Assembly (NCBI GenBank): GCA_008369845.1
Contig: MRSU01000422.1
Span: 1 to 53,339, forward strand
DNA from: Trichomonas gallinae
Lineage: Eukaryota
DNA length: 53,339 nucleotides
Direction: 5' to 3'
Part shown: in pieces, positions 1-9,796 of the stretch
Position numbering within the stretch: the first letter of the stretch is position 1
How the letters are laid out: the number at the start of each line of letters is the position of its first letter
Program-made: the position numbers and the translations under genes
The notes under the pieces: generated by a model
What the model saw: only the letters and a program-made list of their open reading frames with translations
What the model was told of the DNA's origin: nothing
The model's database searches: none

Positions 1-735
1 TCATGCATCATTTCTCGAAATTATAAAATTGTATTGCGATGCTCGCCTAAGATATCTTATTCCTGTAGGCCTATAGAAGCCATATCTAAAGTATCGATCT
101 CAAGTATTCTCAGAAAAAAGAGTTTTTTTCCCCCCCCCCCCTCCTTTTTTTTCTAAATATGCAATGATTACACATCATATAAGCTAATTTCATTGATTTT
201 AGGATTCTAATTGGAAATTGATCAATCAATAATATTAATTATGAAAGAACACATATCCTACATCATTTCCTATGGTGTTATGAAGAGTTTTATGAAGTCA
301 ATCAACTTGTTTTCCCATGCATAGAAAATATTCCAACTTTTTAGTCGAATTTACTTTAAAATCGGTCTTTCATTTATATCGCAGCACGTCTGTATGCATT
401 TAAATATCAGTCATCATTCAATTGAAGTCAAAATTTTGGTAAAATGTAAATTACACAGATGTTTATATGAGAGAAGTGATGCACTTATGCATATAAAGTT
501 ATCGCCTTATGATCATTTTTTCCAATGTTGAAATATTATGTGATTTTAGAAAAATTCATTTTAAGCTCATTCTAAATGAAAAACTGTATATTAATGATGA
601 ATATAATATATATCATTAAAGATATTAGCTATACTTTGAATTTTTATCAATATAATATGATTTATATAAATTCTTGTTATTTGTATAACGAAAGAGTATT
701 CCATGGATTTTTGAGTGTGATTAAGTCAAAATTTG

Positions 736-3579
736 ATGAATGTTGATTCACAACATTTACTTGGTCTTATTCAGCAGTTTCAATCTGGTGAACCAGAGGT
801 TGTAAATAGTGTAAATGCCATGTTGAATAGTGTTATTGGATCATATGAGAACCTGCAGCTGATTATTGATTTGTTTCAGGCTCCAAAAATGAATTTTCAA
901 ACAAAATATACGCTATCAGTACTAATTGGACGATTTTACAACATACACAGATCAAATTTTTCGCCAAATGACCAAATTTTTCTGATTCAATTTTTAGTGA
1001 ACGCAATTATCAACGAAGATGACAAAATCAAGCAATATTTATCGGATATCTGTGCCAATATGATTGCAAATAACCCTGATTTTAAGCAATTAATACTCGA
1101 AATTATTCGAAATAATCAAATCGACGATTTAACATTAGAATATCTATTTGATACTATAGCACAAAATCTAATAATCGATGAATTCGCTGAATTTTTACCA
1201 AAATTACTAGAATTATTGTTAATTCCTCAATTTCAATTTCTTTCGTTCACTAACTTACTAAAAGCATCATATTTTTTGGGGAACGCGCAGATTATCCTTC
1301 CATACTCGGAGCACCTTAGAAATGCATACTTTAGCATCTTACAATCATTAAACACAGATTTAATTATGAAATCAACTGGATGGAAATGTGAAATACAGAT
1401 GATAAGCGTCGAACTCTCTCTTTCTATAACTCCTGTAGAAAATTTACATAAGATTATTGCTTCAGATCAATCCGCTACGTTTATTAAATTTATTTGCATT
1501 GAAATTATTTATCAAGAGTTGCCTTTCATCATTAAGCAGTTGTCTTTAGAAGATGTTAAAAATATATTTAATGTAATTACTCAATTCTTTTGCTACGTTT
1601 TCATAAATGAACCTGATTTTACAATAACAAGCACAAACTTTGTCGAACTCATTAAATTCATGCCAAAGAATATAATTTGTGAAATATGCATGCCAGCAAT
1701 CGAAGAATTAGCGAAAAATCAAGAATTAATTTATATTTTAATTTGTATTACAGAATCTGTTGTAGAAATTATAGGGAAATTTGATGGATCATTCAATATT
1801 TTTATGCAAGGCGTCCAATTTCCTAATCATCGAGTGAGAATTTTATCATTTTATGCAATTCATAGTTTAGAAGACTTTTATACGAAAGAAATATCAGAAA
1901 ATGAAGATCTAATTGCAGCTTCACTCATTGAAGGCTTAACAAGCTGCGAAGATGATCAAGAATATAATCTTTGCGCCATTTCTTTAGTTAGCACTCAGAC
2001 ACCTAAGCCACATATAGTACAGAGTGTAATGGAATATTATATACAAATATTGCAATCAATTCGATATAATCAAGACACGCTTTGGTCCATTTTCACGTTT
2101 ATTGCGGCCGTTAATGAGTACCAGAAAATGCTTGAAGAAGAAATTTTTGAAATATTAAGTCAATTTTTAGATAATTTAAGTGAAGAATTCATAGATGCGT
2201 ATTTAACAGCTCTTTCAACGTTCATTGATAATTATCCGGACCATTTACCTGAATTATTCGAACCATTAGTATCACTTGCTGATAATAATATTGATTCAAA
2301 ATCAGGTTTGTTTTTAATGAATAATATCATACGAATTTTCAAGCCTGGTGATAGTAATTTGGCTATCTTCGAACCTGTTGTGGAGAAACTCGTGTCATCA
2401 CTTGAAACAATAGAAAATATCCAAAAATATGCAAGTATCTTGAAATTGATTGCAATTTATGCCACAAAACTCGAAGATCCCGAAAGTTTAGTAGATTTTG
2501 TGACTTCTCACATGATAAATGTCATTCAAGGAAGAGATCATGATGCAATAACAACAGTTGCCAAAATTATCGACAATAATCTCAAAAATTACATTTCAAA
2601 CAATCTAGAAAAGATAGAAGAAACTCACTTTTACAGCGTTGTCGAATACATTGCAGAATTCTTTTCCAAAAAACAGCTTAGATCAAATTATGAGCTATTT
2701 ATAAGCTATGAATATGTTCTTGTTACATTTTTAAGGGTAATTGGAATAGCTGCTTTCAGTTCTTACTTAACTTCAATTATTCAAAATTTAACAAATGGAA
2801 TTATTTCGGTTTTAGAAAATAATTTATCACAAAAGGAGTATATAGATGTGACCATGACATTTTTATTTGAATTACTCGAAACTGAACAATTATCAGACGA
2901 AGATAAACAAATTTTGTTAGATTTCTCAATGCATCTTATCAATGCAGATGTGGAAATCCAATTATACATCATATCGTTTTATAGACAGTTCCTATCTAGT
3001 GGAAAATTAAATGAGCAACAAATTTCATTAATTTTCCAAAGATCCATTGAAATAATACAGGGTGAAATGTGTGATGCATTGCCTGAAGCTTGCCTATTCA
3101 TTTCAAGCATGTCTGTTAATTCTCCAGCACTGATTGTTTCTCCATATGAAATTGTAAATTTATTGGTTGCGCAAGCATCACAGATTAATGATAATGAAGA
3201 TATGGATATTCGTGATACTATTGTTTACACGATTCTCCAATTATATAATAATAATATATTAGGTGATACACAGTTTGACCAGGTTTTCTCAACAATATCG
3301 TCATTTTTGCCTGCTGTTACAGATCATAGTTTATTGGAAAGGATATATTTAATTTTGCTTGCTAATTTTGAAAAATTGTCGCAAGAAATCCAAATTACTC
3401 TTTTGAGAAAATTTTTGTTTGTCTTTTCTCTGCCATCATTCAATGAGTTTGGCTTCGAACCGGAGTTTATTGCTCATTTTGGAAAATTCTTTTCACGTTT
3501 CGATTCCAATGAGATTGCATCTACAATAACTAGTTTTGGACTTCAACCAACTCAGTTTCTAACTAATTTGTCTGTTTAA
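736..3579 (+). CDS. HEAT/ARM alpha-solenoid protein, divergent importin-beta (karyopherin)-like
   Basis: ~947-aa acidic, Leu/Ile-rich helical ORF. GVQFPNHRVRILSFYAI resembles the importin-4/5 HEAT motif (DPHPRVR). First ATG is 736 (track starts at TTG 733), with GTCAAA ~10 nt upstream. Confidence 0.55.
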   Translation: MNVDSQHLLGLIQQFQSGEPEVVNSVNAMLNSVIGSYENLQLIIDLFQAPKMNFQTKYTLSVLIGRFYNIHRSNFSPNDQIFLIQFLVNAIINEDDKIKQYLSDICANMIANNPDFKQLILEIIRNNQIDDLTLEYLFDTIAQNLIIDEFAEFLPKLLELLLIPQFQFLSFTNLLKASYFLGNAQIILPYSEHLRNAYFSILQSLNTDLIMKSTGWKCEIQMISVELSLSITPVENLHKIIASDQSATFIKFICIEIIYQELPFIIKQLSLEDVKNIFNVITQFFCYVFINEPDFTITSTNFVELIKFMPKNIICEICMPAIEELAKNQELIYILICITESVVEIIGKFDGSFNIFMQGVQFPNHRVRILSFYAIHSLEDFYTKEISENEDLIAASLIEGLTSCEDDQEYNLCAISLVSTQTPKPHIVQSVMEYYIQILQSIRYNQDTLWSIFTFIAAVNEYQKMLEEEIFEILSQFLDNLSEEFIDAYLTALSTFIDNYPDHLPELFEPLVSLADNNIDSKSGLFLMNNIIRIFKPGDSNLAIFEPVVEKLVSSLETIENIQKYASILKLIAIYATKLEDPESLVDFVTSHMINVIQGRDHDAITTVAKIIDNNLKNYISNNLEKIEETHFYSVVEYIAEFFSKKQLRSNYELFISYEYVLVTFLRVIGIAAFSSYLTSIIQNLTNGIISVLENNLSQKEYIDVTMTFLFELLETEQLSDEDKQILLDFSMHLINADVEIQLYIISFYRQFLSSGKLNEQQISLIFQRSIEIIQGEMCDALPEACLFISSMSVNSPALIVSPYEIVNLLVAQASQINDNEDMDIRDTIVYTILQLYNNNILGDTQFDQVFSTISSFLPAVTDHSLLERIYLILLANFEKLSQEIQITLLRKFLFVFSLPSFNEFGFEPEFIAHFGKFFSRFDSNEIASTITSFGLQPTQFLTNLSV

Positions 3580-3949
3580 TAATATAGAATAAAATTAGAT
3601 TAAATGTTTAAACCAATAATATAATTAGAATGATAGTAATATATAATCATCAGTACGGTTAAAAACTAGGCGTAGTATTAGAAATTCTGTATATCTTAAT
3701 GAATATTGGTATACTAGATTTTTATTTAGCGTATTTTTTTAATCAAAATGATGATTATGCATTGCATATTGATGTAGTTAGACTATTTTCAATAATGATT
3801 TAATTAAAAGCACAAAATAAGTTTATTCTAATATATATTATCTAAATTTATACAAACAAGCGTAAGTGTGGAATGCTAAAGCAAAGATTATATAAAATGA
3901 GATTGGTTTTCGGAAATATTCGATATATTATTAAGAAAAAAAAAATAAA

Positions 3950-4186
3950 TTATTTGAATTCATCGGGTCCGAATGGATCTTTTGCGTATGTATGGTTGTA
4001 TCCTTCGAATCCTGGTATTTTTGGTCCTTGATGTTTCCTTAAAAAAGAACCAATATGTTGCGCAAATTTTTGCTGCTGAGATTCACGCTGAAACAGCTCA
4101 CTATCGGTTAGAGTGCTCTCGAACTGTTCTTTTTCCGAGCCAGAATAAATTTCAATTGTAACGACTCTTGGTTCCGCTCTACTCAT
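3950..4186 (-). CDS. small hypothetical protein (78 aa)
   Basis: GC-richer island with ATG and TAA between very AT-rich flanks; Inr-like GTCACTTTT on the minus strand ~20-27 nt upstream (4205-4213). Confidence 0.65.
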   Translation of the reverse strand: MSRAEPRVVTIEIYSGSEKEQFESTLTDSELFQRESQQQKFAQHIGSFLRKHQGPKIPGFEGYNHTYAKDPFGPDEFK

Positions 4187-4204
4187 ATATGTTTTGGTAT
4201 ATCA

Positions 4205-4749
4205 AAAAGTGACTAAATATGGGATAAAAGTGTCATGATAAAAGTGATATTATAAAAGTGTCAAAAGTGAGTTCAGTCTCCTAAAAATGAAGATTTTATC
4301 TACTTATTCTATCACATTTTTAATAATGCTATCTTAACATAATGTTTTTAGGGGTGATGATCTTGAGTGATCTAAGGAAATTATTGAATATTGAAAAAAA
4401 TATTAATCTAAAATTCACCAATTTTTTGATTTTCGAAATTATAACAGAATATCATCACCCCGAAAAATTTCCAGTTCGATGGTGAAATATTGTAATCTGA
4501 TCACTGGGTGCGATGAAAAAATTCATGGAGAGTGAATTTTGAAAAGATTACATGTCAGATTTTTTGTTTGAGCCCCTACTTTATGAAAATAAAAGTGCCT
4601 ATGATTCTAAAAGTGACATAATAAAATTAAAAAGTGACTAAATTCAAATTACAAATAAGTGACAAAATAAAATATAAAAGTGACGATTTCTGTATGATTT
4701 TAAAAAAGTGCCATATAAAAGTGACATTTTTCATATAATAAAAGGTGAC
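4205..4749. promoter_or_regulatory. bidirectional promoter with two clusters of AAAAGTG(AC) motifs (reverse complement of Inr-like GTCACTTTT)
   Basis: AAAAGTG at 4205, 4226, 4240, 4254, 4263 and at 4591, 4609, 4630, 4676, 4704, 4717; variants near 4656 and 4741. Lies between divergent ATGs at 4186 and 4755. Confidence 0.7.
4345..4467. repeat. 17-bp inverted repeat (1 mismatch) with 89-bp spacer
   Basis: TTTTTAGGGGTGATGAT (4345-4361) versus ATCATCACCCCGAAAAA (4451-4467). Confidence 0.75.
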
Positions 4750-4754
4750 ATTTG

Positions 4755-7439
4755 ATGAAAACTTCTTTAGGGCAGGATTATTCATCCTTCCATATAGAAG
4801 CGAAAGAGGAAATCATTGAATCAGATGGGCAGCATGCTCCTTGTTATTTGGGCGAAGAAAATCAAGCCTACGACAAATACTACAGAATTATCAAACAGCC
4901 GATTCAATTAACGGAAGAAATGCACGAGATCAGGAAAGATATCTTTACGCATAGAGAATTCGCACAGATTTTCAACCCTGAAGAGGAATATAAAGAGCCT
5001 ATACCGTTGCCATTAACATTTAATACGTATAAAGAATACTATATGGCGTTATCCGAGTGGCACTACAGAAAAATTAAGCAGTATTCATCGGCTCTTCTTC
5101 CTATTCCCATCAATGGATTACTTTATGCGCCAATTAAAGCTAAGGTTTTCACAAAGGAAGAAAAGTCCAATCCATCGCGTTTCAGGACATTCAAGGCCCA
5201 GCAGTGGCCGTTGCTTCCAAATAACTACACTGAAATGCTTCAACTCATCCAGAAAAACGAAGAAATAAATCCAGATCAAGAATTTCACGAGCAATATCCA
5301 AAACGTGAAGTTATCTACATGAAGCACCACATTACATCATCTCCACAATGGATGGAACAGCGAGTACCGCACGAGCCGATCCCAGAGTTCTATGATACTT
5401 TGGAAGAATACGAGCTCGCCTATAAGCGCTGGGCAACAATAGCCGACGAAATGCACCGCAACAAAATCCCTACAATAGAGGAAATGGAAACCATTGCTTT
5501 GATTGATGAAGTTGAACCTGTTAAAACTGTCACAAGCGAACCGGCAACTGAGGTTCCTCCTTGCCTTTATGACAAGAAGTTCGTTGAATTCGCGAAAAAC
5601 GCAACACTCACAGAATCAAAGATTGAGCCAATTTTAAAGAAGTTTAAGAAGCCATGCAAAGATGAAGAAACATCTGACGATGAGCCAGTATATCAGAGAT
5701 TTGTTTATGGTGTCGATCCGGATAAATTTGTTAAAGATATGATCGATTTTGGCATGTATCAGCCTTCGACGTCTATTTTGCGTCCATGCCATCCTATAGA
5801 CCACCACGTTTATGTCAATGGCGATCTTTCTGACGCAGAAAGAATTATTTTGAATACTTCGGAATTCAGCTTGGATATTATTACATCCATAATCCGTATC
5901 CTGATATCGAACCAGGATCTCATCCAGCTTCTCAAATACAACGTCAACGGAGCAGAAGCCTCAGAACAGATTTTCAAATTCTTAACAAATAAAGAGCACC
6001 TTCGCGGCTTCATAGCGAGAACAGAGCTCTCGCAGTCAATCAAATATGCGTCATCGCAATTCTTACTTGTCGTTATGACACAAGTTCGAGATGCTCAGCC
6101 GCTGACCGTTTTGCTTGAAGCCAACATCAGACTGTTCCACTCATTCGTTAACCTTCTTTGCGTGGCGTCATCTGAAGTTCATACAATATATAATTTATTC
6201 GATGAAGGGAATTCGAAATATGATCCGATTATTAAGGGTTACTTATTCTCTATTATCTACGAGATATTCTCCAAAGAGTCTGAAACATCAATTTACGATA
6301 TTTCTCGCGCATATTGTCAAAGATACAGTAATGAGATTGCTAAACTCATTAAAAACGATTCAATTCATGCACAGATTACAGCTGATCTCAACTCTAACAC
6401 TATGAACGATGGCACAAGAGCCGCATTAATGATTCTCAACATTAGTTCTCCACACGTTCACAGAATTCTCTTCAGCCACTCGTTCATCGAGTGGATCAAC
6501 GAAATGTCGAAGTTCCGTAACGGTGTCATCTTCATTGAAACATTATCTTATTCTAATGCATTGGACGCCTTGGCTCTTTTGATAACAGGACCTCTTGGCG
6601 CTACAATAGACGGCCATTTAGAGCAATTAACTGAGCAGGCGTGCTACTGCATCAGGCGCATTTTATATCATTTGTTCAGTTTGTGCGAGAGAATCAATAT
6701 TAGCTTCAACGGCACAAACCTCGTCAAAATCCTCGACAATATATCATCATCGCAGCGCGAGTGTCTGTCAGTTTTGGTCGCACCAATTGCGCAGATCATT
6801 GTGCAGAAGAAGATGATATCCAACTACAAAGACCAGTCCCAGACATTCCTTCAGATCCTCCAGAACTCTGTTACCAAGCTTTGTAACGCTACTGCACAGT
6901 CAACGAACACACAGTTCAGGCAGCAATTGCAGGCTCTTATGATTTTGTCGAGCGAGAAGAGCTGCAGCATGGTCATGTCCAACTCAGAGACATTCATGCT
7001 CAACGTCGTCCAGCACTTGAAGTCTAACGACTCCAACACAATGTTCCTCAGCTGGACATTCTTCGAGCAACTCAGCAAGGACACGCACGCGTTCAGGCAG
7101 GTAACGGAGAAGGAGAAGATCAGGGTCGTCTTCGGTGATATACCTTCTGCCAAATCGAACATCGCGCTCAGGAACATGCTCGCCTTCTCGTTCAATATTT
7201 GGAAGTCGGGAGACATGGTGCTCATTGGCGCGTGGAACAAGGCTGTCGCCAGGCCGGTGAAGGTTATTGCTTCGTGCTACATCGACAGAAAGTTAAGATA
7301 TCGCAACGATAAGAGACTGCAGATTTTGCTGGAGCAGTTCATCAACATTATAGAAAAGAATAAGAACTCCGAATTCAAGGAGCTCAAGGAAGCTGTATAT
7401 TCTGTTATGGAAGACTATGGAGGAAGGCGGAAGAAATAA
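4755..7439 (+). CDS. Sca1/ScaA-like scaffold protein with C-terminal ARM-like helical region
   Basis: 894-aa ORF (ATG 4755). N-terminal DYSSFHI and two copies of PxPxx[FY]xT[YL]xEYxxAxxxW (PIPLPLTFNTYKEYYMALSEW; EPIPEFYDTLEEYELAYKRW) match my recollection of Dictyostelium Sca1. Stop TAA lies within TAAA. Confidence 0.6.
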   Translation: MKTSLGQDYSSFHIEAKEEIIESDGQHAPCYLGEENQAYDKYYRIIKQPIQLTEEMHEIRKDIFTHREFAQIFNPEEEYKEPIPLPLTFNTYKEYYMALSEWHYRKIKQYSSALLPIPINGLLYAPIKAKVFTKEEKSNPSRFRTFKAQQWPLLPNNYTEMLQLIQKNEEINPDQEFHEQYPKREVIYMKHHITSSPQWMEQRVPHEPIPEFYDTLEEYELAYKRWATIADEMHRNKIPTIEEMETIALIDEVEPVKTVTSEPATEVPPCLYDKKFVEFAKNATLTESKIEPILKKFKKPCKDEETSDDEPVYQRFVYGVDPDKFVKDMIDFGMYQPSTSILRPCHPIDHHVYVNGDLSDAERIILNTSEFSLDIITSIIRILISNQDLIQLLKYNVNGAEASEQIFKFLTNKEHLRGFIARTELSQSIKYASSQFLLVVMTQVRDAQPLTVLLEANIRLFHSFVNLLCVASSEVHTIYNLFDEGNSKYDPIIKGYLFSIIYEIFSKESETSIYDISRAYCQRYSNEIAKLIKNDSIHAQITADLNSNTMNDGTRAALMILNISSPHVHRILFSHSFIEWINEMSKFRNGVIFIETLSYSNALDALALLITGPLGATIDGHLEQLTEQACYCIRRILYHLFSLCERINISFNGTNLVKILDNISSSQRECLSVLVAPIAQIIVQKKMISNYKDQSQTFLQILQNSVTKLCNATAQSTNTQFRQQLQALMILSSEKSCSMVMSNSETFMLNVVQHLKSNDSNTMFLSWTFFEQLSKDTHAFRQVTEKEKIRVVFGDIPSAKSNIALRNMLAFSFNIWKSGDMVLIGAWNKAVARPVKVIASCYIDRKLRYRNDKRLQILLEQFINIIEKNKNSEFKELKEAVYSVMEDYGGRRKK

Positions 7440-7810
7440 ATTTATATATTTTTTACAAAATGTTGAAATAAAACAAATAGAAATTAATTTAAGCCACTTT
7501 TTATATAAAATCAACTTGAAACTCAAAGAAAAACCACAGAAAAATGAAAATATTATTTTTAATTTATTAGTAAATAATGGAATTATTGATATATTTATGG
7601 GTATTATGATTATTTAGATTGTTTACAATTGCAAGGAATCATCTTGAACAAGCTGAGTTTGATTTGATATTTGAAAATTTCTTTTTGAGATTTGATATGA
7701 GTAATACTATGTAGATCTATCTATATACGGAATAATGATAGGTATAATTTTGTGTAATATAGACTAAATATTTAGAAACAAATAATATAAACAGATTAAT
7801 GTGACAGAAA

Positions 7811-8335
7811 TTACGAATAGAGTTTTTTGATTGATGAGATAAACTGTTTTTCGGATATTTGACCGACATCTTTTGTATGAATATCGAATTGATCTGATTT
7901 ATCACGAGCGTTCATTATAATTTCTCTCAATTCATCACGAGAAAGGTCTTGTCCGAGGAATTCAGAAACTGCTTGCAAATCTTGAAGTGAAATAGAACCA
8001 TTTCCATCTACATCTAGCTTCCTGAATGCGCGCTCAAGATCAGAGCGTGGGCGTAATTCTGAAATCTTATCTAAAATAATTGCTGTAAATTCATCAAATG
8101 CAATATTATTGGACTTTCCTTTATTATGTCTCTGCACAAGCTCCTGTACTTCTTCATATGATGGATTGAAGCCAAGAACAGCAAGTACGACACGAACTTC
8201 TTCCGCTGTAATTGTTCCAGCGCCATTTGTATCAAAAAGATTGAATGCTTGGCGAAGCTCTTCATTCTCCTTATCTGTTATATCGAATGGACAATGAAGA
8301 ATAACTTTGGCATCTTTAGCTGCTCCTTGACTCAT
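7811..8335 (-). CDS. centrin/caltractin-like EF-hand protein
   Basis: ELRQAFNLFDTNGAGTITAEE (EF1), LAVLGFNP, AFRKLDVDGNGSISLQDL (EF3), LGQDLSRDELREII. EF2 is degenerate and EF4 carries an insertion. Confidence 0.85.
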   Translation of the reverse strand: MSQGAAKDAKVILHCPFDITDKENEELRQAFNLFDTNGAGTITAEEVRVVLAVLGFNPSYEEVQELVQRHNKGKSNNIAFDEFTAIILDKISELRPRSDLERAFRKLDVDGNGSISLQDLQAVSEFLGQDLSRDELREIIMNARDKSDQFDIHTKDVGQISEKQFISSIKKLYS

Positions 8336-8578
8336 TATTTATTTTTTTTTTATAAACGTTAGTATTATCTGACATTACATCTGACATTTTTCATTACAAA
8401 ATTTTATTTGTCAAAATTATTCGTTCATCATTTTGTTTCAAATATGAGGTCAAAACCACATTGTATATTTAATTAAAATATATATATCTGAAGATATAAT
8501 TACATTTTACTTCTCCCTAAAATTGCTAAGCTTGAAACTCATTTGATACATTATATAATTGCAAACATTTGTTGAAGA

Positions 8579-8673
8579 TGTCAAAAGAATTTTTAAATGT
8601 CAAAATTTTGTGTTTACTTGTCAAATTAATAATTGTCAATTTTCATTTGTCAATTACAAAAATTTACTTGTCA
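8579..8673 (+). promoter_or_regulatory. array of six TGTCAA motifs upstream of the bromodomain gene
   Basis: TGTCA at 8579, 8598, 8619, 8634, 8648 and 8669; two sit in TTTACTTGTCAAA context. The array ends 15 nt before ATG 8688. Confidence 0.65.
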
Positions 8674-8687
8674 AAAACCAAAAACTA

Positions 8688-9356
8688 ATGGAACAGGAAC
8701 AGCTTAATAAATGCTTCGATATAATGAAGAAGCTTTTAGAATCACCATGTACTGGACCATTTAGGCGTATAAATGAAGAGACAATTCCTCGTTACACAGA
8801 GTTAATTAAATATCCTAGAGATCTTGTAAGAATTTATAAGCGTTTAGAACATCGTGAATATCAGACAGTTAAAGAATGGAAAAAGGATGTTAATCTTGTT
8901 TGGGATAATGCTGTAAGATTTAATGGTGAAAATGATTACGGAAAACTTGCTCATTACGCAAAGCATTTCTTCAACAAACTATACCACGACAAATTCATGA
9001 GGATAGAGAAAATAGCCGAAAAAGCAATGGAATTAGAAAAACAAATTGATCAAATTCTTTCTGAAGGACCAGCAGCTCAGATTCCTGCTCTTAAGCCACT
9101 TTTAGCGTTAAAGCCGAAATCTGAGTCAAAACACCAGCAACTTATCAACGAAATTTATCAAAATATCATTCGTTTCACAGATGCTGATTCACAGCGTAAA
9201 ATGTATACATTACTCAGGATGTACTATCCAGATATTGGTGATAATCCAATCGTTACTGAGAAGAATCCTGATCTTAGAGTTACAGTTAGTTTGGAGTCAC
9301 TTCCAACTAAAACTCTCGAAGCTTTGAAGGAATTTATTACTAATAATCCAAGATGA
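8688..9356 (+). CDS. single-bromodomain protein with ET-like C-terminus (BET/GTE-like)
   Basis: GPFRRI...YTELIKYPRDL..I.KRL...Y...EWKKDVNLVWDNAVRFN with the conserved Asn; C-terminal VTVSLESLPTKTLEALKEFI resembles the ET domain. First ATG is 8688. Confidence 0.85.
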   Translation: MEQEQLNKCFDIMKKLLESPCTGPFRRINEETIPRYTELIKYPRDLVRIYKRLEHREYQTVKEWKKDVNLVWDNAVRFNGENDYGKLAHYAKHFFNKLYHDKFMRIEKIAEKAMELEKQIDQILSEGPAAQIPALKPLLALKPKSESKHQQLINEIYQNIIRFTDADSQRKMYTLLRMYYPDIGDNPIVTEKNPDLRVTVSLESLPTKTLEALKEFITNNPR

Positions 9357-9796
9357 TTTAACTATATTTCGAAATTATATTTGTTGCCTTATTTTGTTAT
9401 TTTGAATAAAATATATACAGAACCAATTGTTACTTGTTAAATATTTCTTAAATTTCTTTAAAAAACTTTGAATTAAAACAACTAATGAATTTTTTTTCAT
9501 TTTTTCAGCGTAACTTATCTTGCTAATAACATTAATCAACTCTATAGTTACAGCATATTAGGGCAGATGAAATTGCTTTACTAAAAAATTACTATATCCA
9601 TTTTTAAAAAATATTTTAGGCTCAAATAACATTGGCAATGAGTTTCTTGATGCTTTAATACATCTATAGTCTAATAAATATATTTTATCTCAAGAATATT
9701 AAATAAATACATTTTGAAATTTCAAATTAGCAAAGATGAAACAGATTCATCTCGCATTTATTTATAAGACAAATATGTTAATTCAAACAATATTCT

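Noticed and set aside
130..141. C12 homopolymer flanked by T runs
   Set aside because: Simple sequence with no further structure; nothing supports a function.
4354..4500. Possible C/D snoRNA (GTGATGA at 4354, CTGA at 4497)
   Set aside because: No terminal stem brackets the boxes, the interior is extremely AT-rich, and no rRNA guide is recognisable.
8559..8687. N-terminal extension of the bromodomain ORF (TTG start), and similar extensions at 733, 4752, 32754, 33921, 39391, 49139 and 49880
   Set aside because: They use non-ATG starts or run through AT-rich promoter motif arrays upstream of Inr-like elements; the downstream ATGs fit better.
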